From Christensenella sp. UBA4626 (GTDB lineage Bacteria > Bacillota > Clostridia > Christensenellales > UBA1242): DNA of 57,051 nt. The notes under the pieces were generated by a model. That model was given only the letters and a program-made list of their open reading frames with translations, was not told the DNA's origin and did no database searches. Location of the stretch: the NCBI GenBank assembly GCA_002406115.1, contig DHNC01000035.1:89349-146399 (forward strand). Reading direction: 5' to 3'. The first letter of the stretch is position 1, and every line of letters starts with the position of its first letter. The translations under genes were made by a program, and so were the position numbers. Positions 48,270 to 55,863 of the stretch are shown piece after piece.

Positions 48270-50841
48270 AACTTATGTAAATAAAGAAATTTTTAATTCC
48301 AACAACAAAAAGTTATCTCCTGTTATCAAACAATTCCTCTCAATTAAGGAAAATAACGAAGATTGTATCATCTTTTATAGGTTGGGTGACTTTTACGAAT
48401 TGTTTTTGGATGATGCTGTTATCGGCAGCAGAATTTTGGATTTAACCTTAACAGGCAAAGATTGTGGCGTGGGTGAGCGGGCACCAATGTGTGGCATTCC
48501 TTTCCATGCGTACGAATCGTATGCTCAGCGTTTGATTGAACGTGGCTATAAAGTTGCCATTTGCGAGCAAACCGACGAGATAAGGAATGGTTTGGTTCAA
48601 CGTGAAATTGTGAGGATTATCACACCGGGCACAGTTGTTGAAAGTTCAATGTTGAATGAGCGTAAAAATTCCTATATAATGTGTATTTACGCAGATAAAA
48701 ACGCTATATCTTATGCTTACAGTGATTTGTCAACAGGCGAAATCAAAGTGGCAGAATATGTTGGCGAAAATATAAGCGAATATATTAACGACCAAATTGT
48801 TAGAATTATGCCAAGTGAAATCATTTGCAATAAGCATATGATGGAGTTAAGCAAAGACTTGGTTTGTTTTTTGCGTGACGGGTATAGATTTAATGAGTAT
48901 TTTGATTGGGCATTCAATCCATCCGATGCTGAAAAACAGATATTGGATCAATATGGATTGAAGTCTATCAAAGGCTTTGATATTGATTCCAAGCCTTGTA
49001 TCGCCGCAATTGGTGCCTTGCTTGCATATTTCCATGAAACACAAAAAAGAGATTTAAAGCACTTAAATTTCCCTAAAAAAGTGTATGACCAAGAATATAT
49101 GTATTTGGACACAAACACCAGACGTAACCTTGAAATTGAGCAAACTATGCGTGACGGCGACAAAAAAGGTACATTGCTTTGGGTTTTGGACAACACTTGC
49201 ACAAATATCGGTTCCAGATTGTTGCGCAACTGGGTAAGGCAACCTTTGCAAAACAAGCAAACCATTGACAAACGTTTAAATATGGTTGAGGCGTTGGTTG
49301 GCGACACAGTTTTAAGGTCAAATTTAAAAACAACTTTAAGCAAGGTTCAGGATATTGAGCGTATTGTTGGCAAAGTTGGATATGGCAGTTTTTCGCCAAA
49401 AGACTGCGTAGCACTTAAAACCTCTTTATATCAAGTGCCGCTTATCAAAAAGGTGCTTTCAGTGAACAACAATCAGGATTTGTTGGATTTGTCCAATCAA
49501 CTGGTTGACGTGCATGAAATTGCCGATATGATAAACGCAACCATTGTTGATGAACCACCGCTTTTGTTTAAGAACGGAAATTACATAAAACCAGGCTTTA
49601 ATGCAAACCTTGACCACATCAAATCTTTGCGTGACCAGGCAACAAATTATATTGATGCAATGGAACAGCAAGAGCGTGAAGCAACTGGCATAAAAACGCT
49701 TAAAATAGGGCACAATCGTGTGTTTGGATATTATATCGAAGTTGGCAAGCAATATGCTGAACAAGTTCCTTTCAAATATGTCAGGAAGCAAACAACCGCA
49801 AATGGCGAAAGATATATAACTGAAGAACTTAAACAGTTTGAAGATGAAGTTTTCAACGCCCAAGCAAATGCTTTGAGTTTGGAAGAAAGCATTTTTGCGC
49901 AAGTCAAAGAGCAAATCTTAGCAAACGCACCAGTTTTGCAGCAAATTGCACGTGTTGTGGCTCAAATTGACTGCTTGTATTCTTTGGCAACTGTGGCAAT
50001 AACAAATGACTATCACAAGCCAAACATCACCACAGGCAAAGAAATCAATATTGTGGCAGGACGTCATCCAGTTGTTGAAAAAATGCAGCGTGACAGTGAT
50101 TTCATTTCAAATGACTGCAAATTGAACGAAAGCGACCAAAGGACAATGATTTTGACCGGCCCAAACATGGCTGGTAAATCAACATATATGCGTCAAGTGG
50201 CTTTGATAACTTACATGGCTCACATAGGCAGTTTTGTGCCTGCTAGGTCGGCAGATATTTGTTTGGTTGACCGCATTTTCACACGTATCGGGGCAAGTGA
50301 TGACTTGTCTGTTGGTCAATCAACATTTATGGTTGAGATGATTGAAGTGGCAAATATTTTGCATTACGCAACAAACAATAGTTTGATTATCTTAGATGAG
50401 GTTGGACGTGGTACATCAACATTTGACGGGCTTTCAATCGCTTGGGCTGTTGTTGAATATCTTTCCAAACATCTGAATGCAAAAACTTTATTTGCAACTC
50501 ATTATCACGAACTTATGCAACTTGAAGGCTTGTATGAAGGCGTCAAAAACTTCTGCATAGCAATCAAGGAAATTGGCGGACAACTTGTGTTTATGCGCAA
50601 AATTATGAGGGGCAGTGCAACCCGTAGTTATGGCGTGGAAGTCGCAAGTTTGGCAGGTCTTCCAAAGGAAATAATCACTCGTGCAAAAGAACTTATAAAA
50701 GAGTTTGAAAGCCAAAAAGTGAACAACGAGGTTCAAAAGGAAAGCGAAGTTTTGGACACTTTAAGAGCAATTGATCCAAACACCTTGACACCTTTGGTTG
50801 CGTTTGACACATTGGTTAGATTGATTGATATGGCAAAGTAA
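48262..50841 (+). CDS. mutS: DNA mismatch repair protein MutS
   Basis: 859 aa; mismatch-binding GDFYELF, Walker A GPNMAGKSTYMRQ, DEVGRGTSTFDG. Confidence 0.97.
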   Translation: MIETYVNKEIFNSNNKKLSPVIKQFLSIKENNEDCIIFYRLGDFYELFLDDAVIGSRILDLTLTGKDCGVGERAPMCGIPFHAYESYAQRLIERGYKVAICEQTDEIRNGLVQREIVRIITPGTVVESSMLNERKNSYIMCIYADKNAISYAYSDLSTGEIKVAEYVGENISEYINDQIVRIMPSEIICNKHMMELSKDLVCFLRDGYRFNEYFDWAFNPSDAEKQILDQYGLKSIKGFDIDSKPCIAAIGALLAYFHETQKRDLKHLNFPKKVYDQEYMYLDTNTRRNLEIEQTMRDGDKKGTLLWVLDNTCTNIGSRLLRNWVRQPLQNKQTIDKRLNMVEALVGDTVLRSNLKTTLSKVQDIERIVGKVGYGSFSPKDCVALKTSLYQVPLIKKVLSVNNNQDLLDLSNQLVDVHEIADMINATIVDEPPLLFKNGNYIKPGFNANLDHIKSLRDQATNYIDAMEQQEREATGIKTLKIGHNRVFGYYIEVGKQYAEQVPFKYVRKQTTANGERYITEELKQFEDEVFNAQANALSLEESIFAQVKEQILANAPVLQQIARVVAQIDCLYSLATVAITNDYHKPNITTGKEINIVAGRHPVVEKMQRDSDFISNDCKLNESDQRTMILTGPNMAGKSTYMRQVALITYMAHIGSFVPARSADICLVDRIFTRIGASDDLSVGQSTFMVEMIEVANILHYATNNSLIILDEVGRGTSTFDGLSIAWAVVEYLSKHLNAKTLFATHYHELMQLEGLYEGVKNFCIAIKEIGGQLVFMRKIMRGSATRSYGVEVASLAGLPKEIITRAKELIKEFESQKVNNEVQKESEVLDTLRAIDPNTLTPLVAFDTLVRLIDMAK

Positions 50842-50856
50842 CATTTGTGAGGTTAT

Positions 50857-52743
50857 ATGGCAATAAATATTCTTGATAGTATGATAATCAACCGAATTTC
50901 AGCAGGTGAAGTTGTTGAAAGTCCTTTTTCGATTGTTAAGGAATTGATTGACAACTCTCTTGACGCTGGCGCCGATAAGATTTATGTTGAAATAAAAAAT
51001 GGCGGTATTGATTCTATCACAATCAAAGATAACGGCAAAGGCATCGATCGTGACGACTTGATTAAGGCATTTTTGCCACACGCAACAAGCAAAATCACAA
51101 ATATAGAAGATTTGAATTCCATTTCAACACTTGGTTTTAGGGGAGAGGCTCTTGCCAGCATTTCCAATGTAACGCAAACAAAAATCGTTACAAAAACCCC
51201 TGAACAAGAAATTGCTTATCAAATGGAAGTAAATGGCGGCAATTTTGGTGAAATTTTGCCAACAGAAAGTTCGGTGGGCACAAAAATCCAAGTAAACAAC
51301 TTGTTTTTCAACACACCAGCCAGAAGAAAATTTTTAAGAAAGCCAAAACAGGAAGAAAGTCAAATAACAAATATCATTGCTCGCTATATTTTGGCACATC
51401 CTAGCGTGGATTTCACTTATATAGTCGACGGCAAAACGGTTTATAAAACCACTGGTAAAACTTTGTTGGATGCAATATATTGTGTATATGGCGATGATAT
51501 AACTCAAAATATAATACCAGTTGAAAAAGAATTGGGCAATATGAAGTTGTCTGGCTACGTTTCAAAAGTTGGTTTCAGCAAGCCGAACACAACCTATCAA
51601 ACTTTGATTGTGAACAATAGATATGTGGTGGACGAAATCGTTTCAAAGGCAAGTTATATGGCTTTTGAAGAGTATTTAATGACAAGGCAATTCCCAGTTT
51701 ATATTTTGAATTTAACCATGCCAGCAATTGATGTGGATGTAAACGTGCATCCAAGCAAAATCAACATTAAATTTTCAAATCCAAGTCAGGTTTATGATTT
51801 GGTTTACACTGCAATCCGCTCGGCAATTTATTCCTCATTAAACAACAATCATTTAGAGCAAAGCACATCATCCAACATTGATGTTCAACAACCTTTAATC
51901 AAGGTTGATTTGGACAGCATGAAAGAGATTGAAATCGAGCCAACAGTCCAAAGCGTTAGCCCAACAGTAAATCTGAAGCAGTCCTCATTTACGCCATTTA
52001 GTTTGTTCGATTTGCCAAATGATGCATCGTCTTGCAGCAATAATTATGAGTATAAAATTGAAAAAACTGAGGCTGAGGAGCAAAACAACACAATTTTTGA
52101 AAATGAATTTAAACCAGCCCAACCAGCACAAGAAATCAAAGACAATGATTACAAAAATGTTGAAGATTTTGCCGATTTCAAAGTTATAGGGCAGTTGTTT
52201 AACGAATTTTTGGTTATTGAACGAAATGACAAAATGATTTTGCTTGATTTCCATGCCGGTCATGAAAGGTTGAATTACGACAAATTCACCAGCATGGTTG
52301 AAAAAAGGCAAGTGGTTGTTCAAGACTTGTTGGTTCCTTACGAGGTTAAATTGACCTCACAAGAGGTTGAATATTTGGTGTCTTTGCAGCCAAAATTGCA
52401 AGAATTAGGTTTTAGTTTAAACAAAATCAGCGATAATCAAATTGAGGTGATCTCAATCCCTATGCAACTTAAAGACATAAATTTGAAAGAGTTTGTAGAT
52501 GACCTTTTGCATGATATGAAAAACTTAAAACCAACCATGAATTATGAAATACGTCACTATTTGATGCAAAAAGCCTGCAAAAGCAGCGTAAAATCCGGCA
52601 TGATTTTGAATGAAATGGAGATTAAAGATTTGCTCAAAAATTTGGACGATAAAAACCCTGTTTTATTGTGTCCTCATGGCAGACCAGTTTTGACAGTGGT
52701 TTCTAGAACAGAAATTGAAAGATGGTTTAAACGTATAGTATGA
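50857..52743 (+). CDS. mutL: DNA mismatch repair protein MutL
   Basis: 628 aa; GHKL ATPase motifs (ISAGEVVE, DNGKGI, LGFRGEAL), C-terminal endonuclease/dimerisation domain with CPHGRP. Confidence 0.96.
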   Translation: MAINILDSMIINRISAGEVVESPFSIVKELIDNSLDAGADKIYVEIKNGGIDSITIKDNGKGIDRDDLIKAFLPHATSKITNIEDLNSISTLGFRGEALASISNVTQTKIVTKTPEQEIAYQMEVNGGNFGEILPTESSVGTKIQVNNLFFNTPARRKFLRKPKQEESQITNIIARYILAHPSVDFTYIVDGKTVYKTTGKTLLDAIYCVYGDDITQNIIPVEKELGNMKLSGYVSKVGFSKPNTTYQTLIVNNRYVVDEIVSKASYMAFEEYLMTRQFPVYILNLTMPAIDVDVNVHPSKINIKFSNPSQVYDLVYTAIRSAIYSSLNNNHLEQSTSSNIDVQQPLIKVDLDSMKEIEIEPTVQSVSPTVNLKQSSFTPFSLFDLPNDASSCSNNYEYKIEKTEAEEQNNTIFENEFKPAQPAQEIKDNDYKNVEDFADFKVIGQLFNEFLVIERNDKMILLDFHAGHERLNYDKFTSMVEKRQVVVQDLLVPYEVKLTSQEVEYLVSLQPKLQELGFSLNKISDNQIEVISIPMQLKDINLKEFVDDLLHDMKNLKPTMNYEIRHYLMQKACKSSVKSGMILNEMEIKDLLKNLDDKNPVLLCPHGRPVLTVVSRTEIERWFKRIV

Positions 52744-53630
52744 CAAAATTAGTGATAATCACCGGTTTAACCGGCAGTGGCAAGACAGGTTTGGCGGTTA
52801 AAATTGCCAAAAAATATAACGGGGAAATTATTTCTGCCGACAGTGTGCAGATTTACAAAAATTTGGATATTGGAAGTGCAAAGGTCACAAAAGAGGAGGC
52901 GGATAGCGTCCCTCATCACTTGATTGATATACGTGAATTTGACCAAACCTATAACGTTGGTGAATTTGTTCGAGATTGCGTCAATGCAATTGATGAAATT
53001 GTTGCAAAAGGCAAATTGCCGATAATTTGTGGTGGCACTGGCTTATACATCAAAGCATTGATGGAAGGCTACACTTTGGGCGACGCCGCAAATTTAGAAT
53101 TCAGAAAAAAATATCAAGACCTGGCAGCAGAGAAGGGCAATATGTACGTTTGGGAAATCCTCAATTCAGTTGCCCCAGAAATGGCTAAAAATGTGCACGC
53201 AAACAACTTAAAGCGGGTGATAAGGTATCTTGAATTAGCAACCTCAAACACGGTTGCAGAAACAGAACCAAGCCCTCTTTCAAACTTTGAAATTTGTTGT
53301 GTTGGCATTGTCGATGATCGACAAGTGATTTATGATAAACTGGATAAGCGTGTTGACATAATGATAAGCCAAGGGTTGGAAGATGAGGTCAAATCGCTCG
53401 TCGACAGGGGTGCAAAGCGTGAAATGCAAGCCTTTAATAGCATTGATTACAAGGAGTGGTTCGACTATTTTGATGGCACAATTTCAAAAGAGAGGACTAT
53501 CGAATTGATAAAGCAGCACAACCGCAATTATTGCAAACGACAACTCACATTTTTAAAAACGATAAAAAACATTAAATTGTTAAATAAACAAGATGCAGAA
53601 ATAGAGATAGAGAGGTTCTTAAATGATTAG
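52740..53630 (+). CDS. miaA: tRNA dimethylallyltransferase MiaA
   Basis: 296 aa; P-loop GLTGSGKT, ISADSVQIYK, HHLID motifs. Confidence 0.95.
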   Translation: MTKLVIITGLTGSGKTGLAVKIAKKYNGEIISADSVQIYKNLDIGSAKVTKEEADSVPHHLIDIREFDQTYNVGEFVRDCVNAIDEIVAKGKLPIICGGTGLYIKALMEGYTLGDAANLEFRKKYQDLAAEKGNMYVWEILNSVAPEMAKNVHANNLKRVIRYLELATSNTVAETEPSPLSNFEICCVGIVDDRQVIYDKLDKRVDIMISQGLEDEVKSLVDRGAKREMQAFNSIDYKEWFDYFDGTISKERTIELIKQHNRNYCKRQLTFLKTIKNIKLLNKQDAEIEIERFLND

Positions 53631-54864
53631 TTTATCCAAAAAAGCAATGGACATCGTAAACAAAGCAGAAGAGAAGTGTAAACCATTGTTTGAAAATATT
53701 GAAAAAATTGAATTTGAAAACCAGTTAAAAGTGCTTAACGCTTTTAGCCAAAACAATGTGCAAGCCTACCACTTTGCTGGCAGCAATGGCTATGGACACA
53801 ACGATTTGGGCAGAGAAAAACTTTGCCAGGTTTTTGCTTCGATTTTTCACACTGAGGACGCTTTGGTTAGTCCGCTTATAACTTGCGGCACTGAGGCAAT
53901 CACAAAATGTCTGTTTGGTCTTTTACGTCCAGGGCAAACCATGCTGTGTATTTCTGGCACGCCATATGACACTTTGCACGACATTATTTGGGGTGTGGAA
54001 GGCAAAAATGTTGGCTCTCTGAAAGATTACAATATTCGTTACACTCAAGTTGATTTAATAAACAACGATGAGTTTGATTTAAACGGCATAACAGAGGGCA
54101 TAAAAAAATACAATCCTGACCTCATTTATATCCAAAGATCTCGTGGATACGAATTGAGGAATGCTTTGACAATAGAAAAAATCAAGCAAGCCATCATCGA
54201 AGTTAAAAAGAGCACAAATTCAACCATTTTGGTTGACAATTGCTATGGCGAATTTACCGAAACGCTTGAACCAACCGATGTTGGAGCAGATGTTGTTGTT
54301 GGCTCTCTCATCAAAAATTTAGGCGGTGGTATTGCACCTTGCGGGGGATATGTTGCTGGCAAGAAAGACCTTCTTGAACTTATTTCATATCAAATGACAA
54401 GCCCAGCGGTTGGATTTGACGCTGGCGGCTACGAATTGGGATATAAGGCATTTTTCCAAGGCATTTTCAATTCTCCTCATGTTGTTGCTCAAAGCGTTAA
54501 GTTGGTGCGTTTGGCAAGCATGACAATTGCTGATTTGGGATATAAAACCATCCCAAGCATCGACCAACCAATCAGCGACATCGTTTGCTGCATCGAGTTT
54601 AATAATCCAGATAAACTTATAAATTTTGTTAGAGGCATTCAGCAGAGTGGGGCAATAGATAGCAACTCATCACCAGTTCCAAGCGAAATGGAAGGTTATG
54701 CCGACAAAATTATCATGGCAAGTGCAAGTTTCAATCAAGGTAGCACAATTGAACTTAGTTGCGATGGGCCAATCAGACCACCATATGTTGGATATTTGCA
54801 AGGTTGCATAAACTATACTCATGGCAAAATTGGTTTGATAAATTCAATTCAATCAATTCTTTAA
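53623..54864 (+). CDS. Aluminium-resistance / Met-gamma-lyase-family PLP-dependent protein (YnbB-like)
   Basis: 413 aa; NGYGHNDLGREKL..FHTEDALV..GTEAI N-terminal pattern of the YnbB family; commonly found after mutL-miaA(-hfq) in Firmicutes. Confidence 0.75.
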   Translation: MISLSKKAMDIVNKAEEKCKPLFENIEKIEFENQLKVLNAFSQNNVQAYHFAGSNGYGHNDLGREKLCQVFASIFHTEDALVSPLITCGTEAITKCLFGLLRPGQTMLCISGTPYDTLHDIIWGVEGKNVGSLKDYNIRYTQVDLINNDEFDLNGITEGIKKYNPDLIYIQRSRGYELRNALTIEKIKQAIIEVKKSTNSTILVDNCYGEFTETLEPTDVGADVVVGSLIKNLGGGIAPCGGYVAGKKDLLELISYQMTSPAVGFDAGGYELGYKAFFQGIFNSPHVVAQSVKLVRLASMTIADLGYKTIPSIDQPISDIVCCIEFNNPDKLINFVRGIQQSGAIDSNSSPVPSEMEGYADKIIMASASFNQGSTIELSCDGPIRPPYVGYLQGCINYTHGKIGLINSIQSIL

Positions 54865-54876
54865 AATTTGTGTTTA

Positions 54877-54905
54877 AGCACGTGTCACAATGGCACGTGT
54901 TTTTT
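54877..54905 (+). terminator. Intrinsic terminator after the ynbB-like gene
   Basis: AGCACGTG(54877-54884)/CACGTGTT(54894-54901), 9-nt loop, T-run to 54905. Confidence 0.7.
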
Positions 54906-54982
54906 AATACAACAAACTTTTGAGAGGAATAATTCGGATTATTGTTACAGCAAAATAACATAACATAAATATGTCAATTTAT

Positions 54983-55011
54983 TTGCAGCCTTTTTGGATA
55001 AATTTTAAAAT
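54983..55011 (+). promoter_or_regulatory. Orphan sigma-A-type promoter (TTGCAG-17 nt-TAAAAT)
   Basis: -35 TTGCAG 54983-54988, 17-nt spacer, -10 TAAAAT 55006-55011; points into the non-coding island. Confidence 0.5.
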
Positions 55012-55055
55012 CCAATTTTCAGATAAAGGATTGAAAAGAGGGAAAAAAATATCAA

Positions 55056-55202
55056 ATGCAGGGGGGGGGGAAAATCATCCCAAGACTTGACGTGGCAACG
55101 CAACTGGAACGCACAAGTCTTAGCGAGCAGGAATATTTGGCAGTCAAAGAGCGAAACAAGATAGGGCAAATAAGTGCTTTGAAGAGAAGTTTGAAAGGTT
55201 AA
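55056..55202 (+). CDS. Speculative 48-codon ORF (MQGGGKIIPRLDVATQLERTSLSEQEYLAVKERNKIGQISALKRSLKG)
   Basis: Hand translation; below the 60-aa track cutoff; preceded by the promoter at 54983-55011 and GAGGG 13 nt upstream; contains the G10 tract in codons 2-5; no family recognised. Confidence 0.3.
   Translation: MQGGGKIIPRLDVATQLERTSLSEQEYLAVKERNKIGQISALKRSLKG
55061..55070. repeat. G10 homopolymer
   Basis: Ten consecutive G in an otherwise AT-rich window; no comparable G/C run noticed elsewhere. Confidence 0.95.
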
Positions 55203-55247
55203 AGCCCGTGTGGACATCCACAGGGCAGTGTACAATGTTATGTACAT

Positions 55248-55281
55248 ATCTTTGCGTAAAACAACACTTTTACGCAAAGAT
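55248..55281. repeat. Perfect 14-bp inverted repeat with 6-nt spacer
   Basis: ATCTTTGCGTAAAA(55248-55261)-CAACAC-TTTTACGCAAAGAT(55268-55281). Confidence 0.95.
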
Positions 55282-55304
55282 GAGGGCAAAATAGCAAAAT
55301 ATTG

Positions 55305-55341
55305 CGTGGATAACCCGGTTTTTGTCCACATTTTTATTTTT
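55305..55341 (+). terminator. Possible intrinsic terminator inside the non-coding island
   Basis: GTGGATA(55307-55313)/TGTCCAC(55323-55329) stem (one G-U), 9-nt loop, then ATTTTTATTTTT; both arms also resemble DnaA boxes. Confidence 0.4.
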
Positions 55342-55796
55342 AATCATCATATTGTTATATTTTGCGACAAGATTTATTGTGGATACATTTTTTCACTTTG
55401 TAACTTCAAAATGGTTCCTTAAAAGATATTTTTGAATTTCCTTAAAAAATCAAATTTATTGATTACATAGTTGATTTTTATCTTAATTTAAAATTTGACG
55501 ATTTTGCAGCAATTCGACATGTGTATCAATCCGCTTTTCGATTTTACATCTTAAATTTTAAATTTTTAGATGACCAATCCCTCATCTTTTTTGTTCCAAA
55601 TCGCTCTGAGAGCATTTTAGCAAGGTGGCATATTTTCTATCCTTTTTGTATGATAAAAAATTAGTTGCTTTTTAACCAAATTTTGTTCGACCAATCAAAA
55701 ATCTTGCATCTATACAAAATTGTATTTTTTGGCTTTAAAAAAATGATATTGGATTATAACGCAAACAAACTAAGATTGTCGAAAATGCTTGACACA

Positions 55797-55812
55797 ATAT
55801 CTTTGCGTAAAA
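55797..55812. repeat. Third copy of the ATATCTTTGCGTAAAA motif
   Basis: 16-nt exact direct repeat of 55246-55261; inverted relative to 55268-55281. Confidence 0.9.
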
Positions 55813-55839
55813 AACTAAGCACCGGTTAAAGTGCTTAGT
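55809..55839 (-). terminator. Intrinsic terminator of serS (minus strand)
   Basis: ACTAAGCAC(55814-55822)-CGGTTAAA-GTGCTTAGT(55831-55839); on the minus strand followed by TTTTTT. Confidence 0.8.
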
Positions 55840-55863
55840 TGATAATTTATTAAATTTTAAAAA

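Noticed and set aside
55226-55253. Possible dif (XerC/D) site around TGTACAATGTTATGTACATA, prompted by the convergent gene orientation
   Set aside because: Only the TTATGTA part of the XerD arm matches the Bacillus/E. coli dif sequences. The central region and XerC arm do not match.
55005-55422. Tracked ORFs 55005..55331 (-) 108 aa and 55210..55422 (+) 70 aa in the non-coding island
   Set aside because: They overlap each other on opposite strands and lack Shine-Dalgarno sequences. One uses a GTG start inside a palindrome. Both have Leu/Phe/Cys/Tyr-rich low-information composition. They are more likely chance ORFs.
55209-55560. Chromosomal oriC (DnaA boxes plus AT-rich tract)
   Set aside because: No dnaA/dnaN/rpmH lie nearby, and the flanking genes converge on the site rather than diverging from it as expected at an origin. 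I kept it only as a DnaA-box cluster of unknown role.
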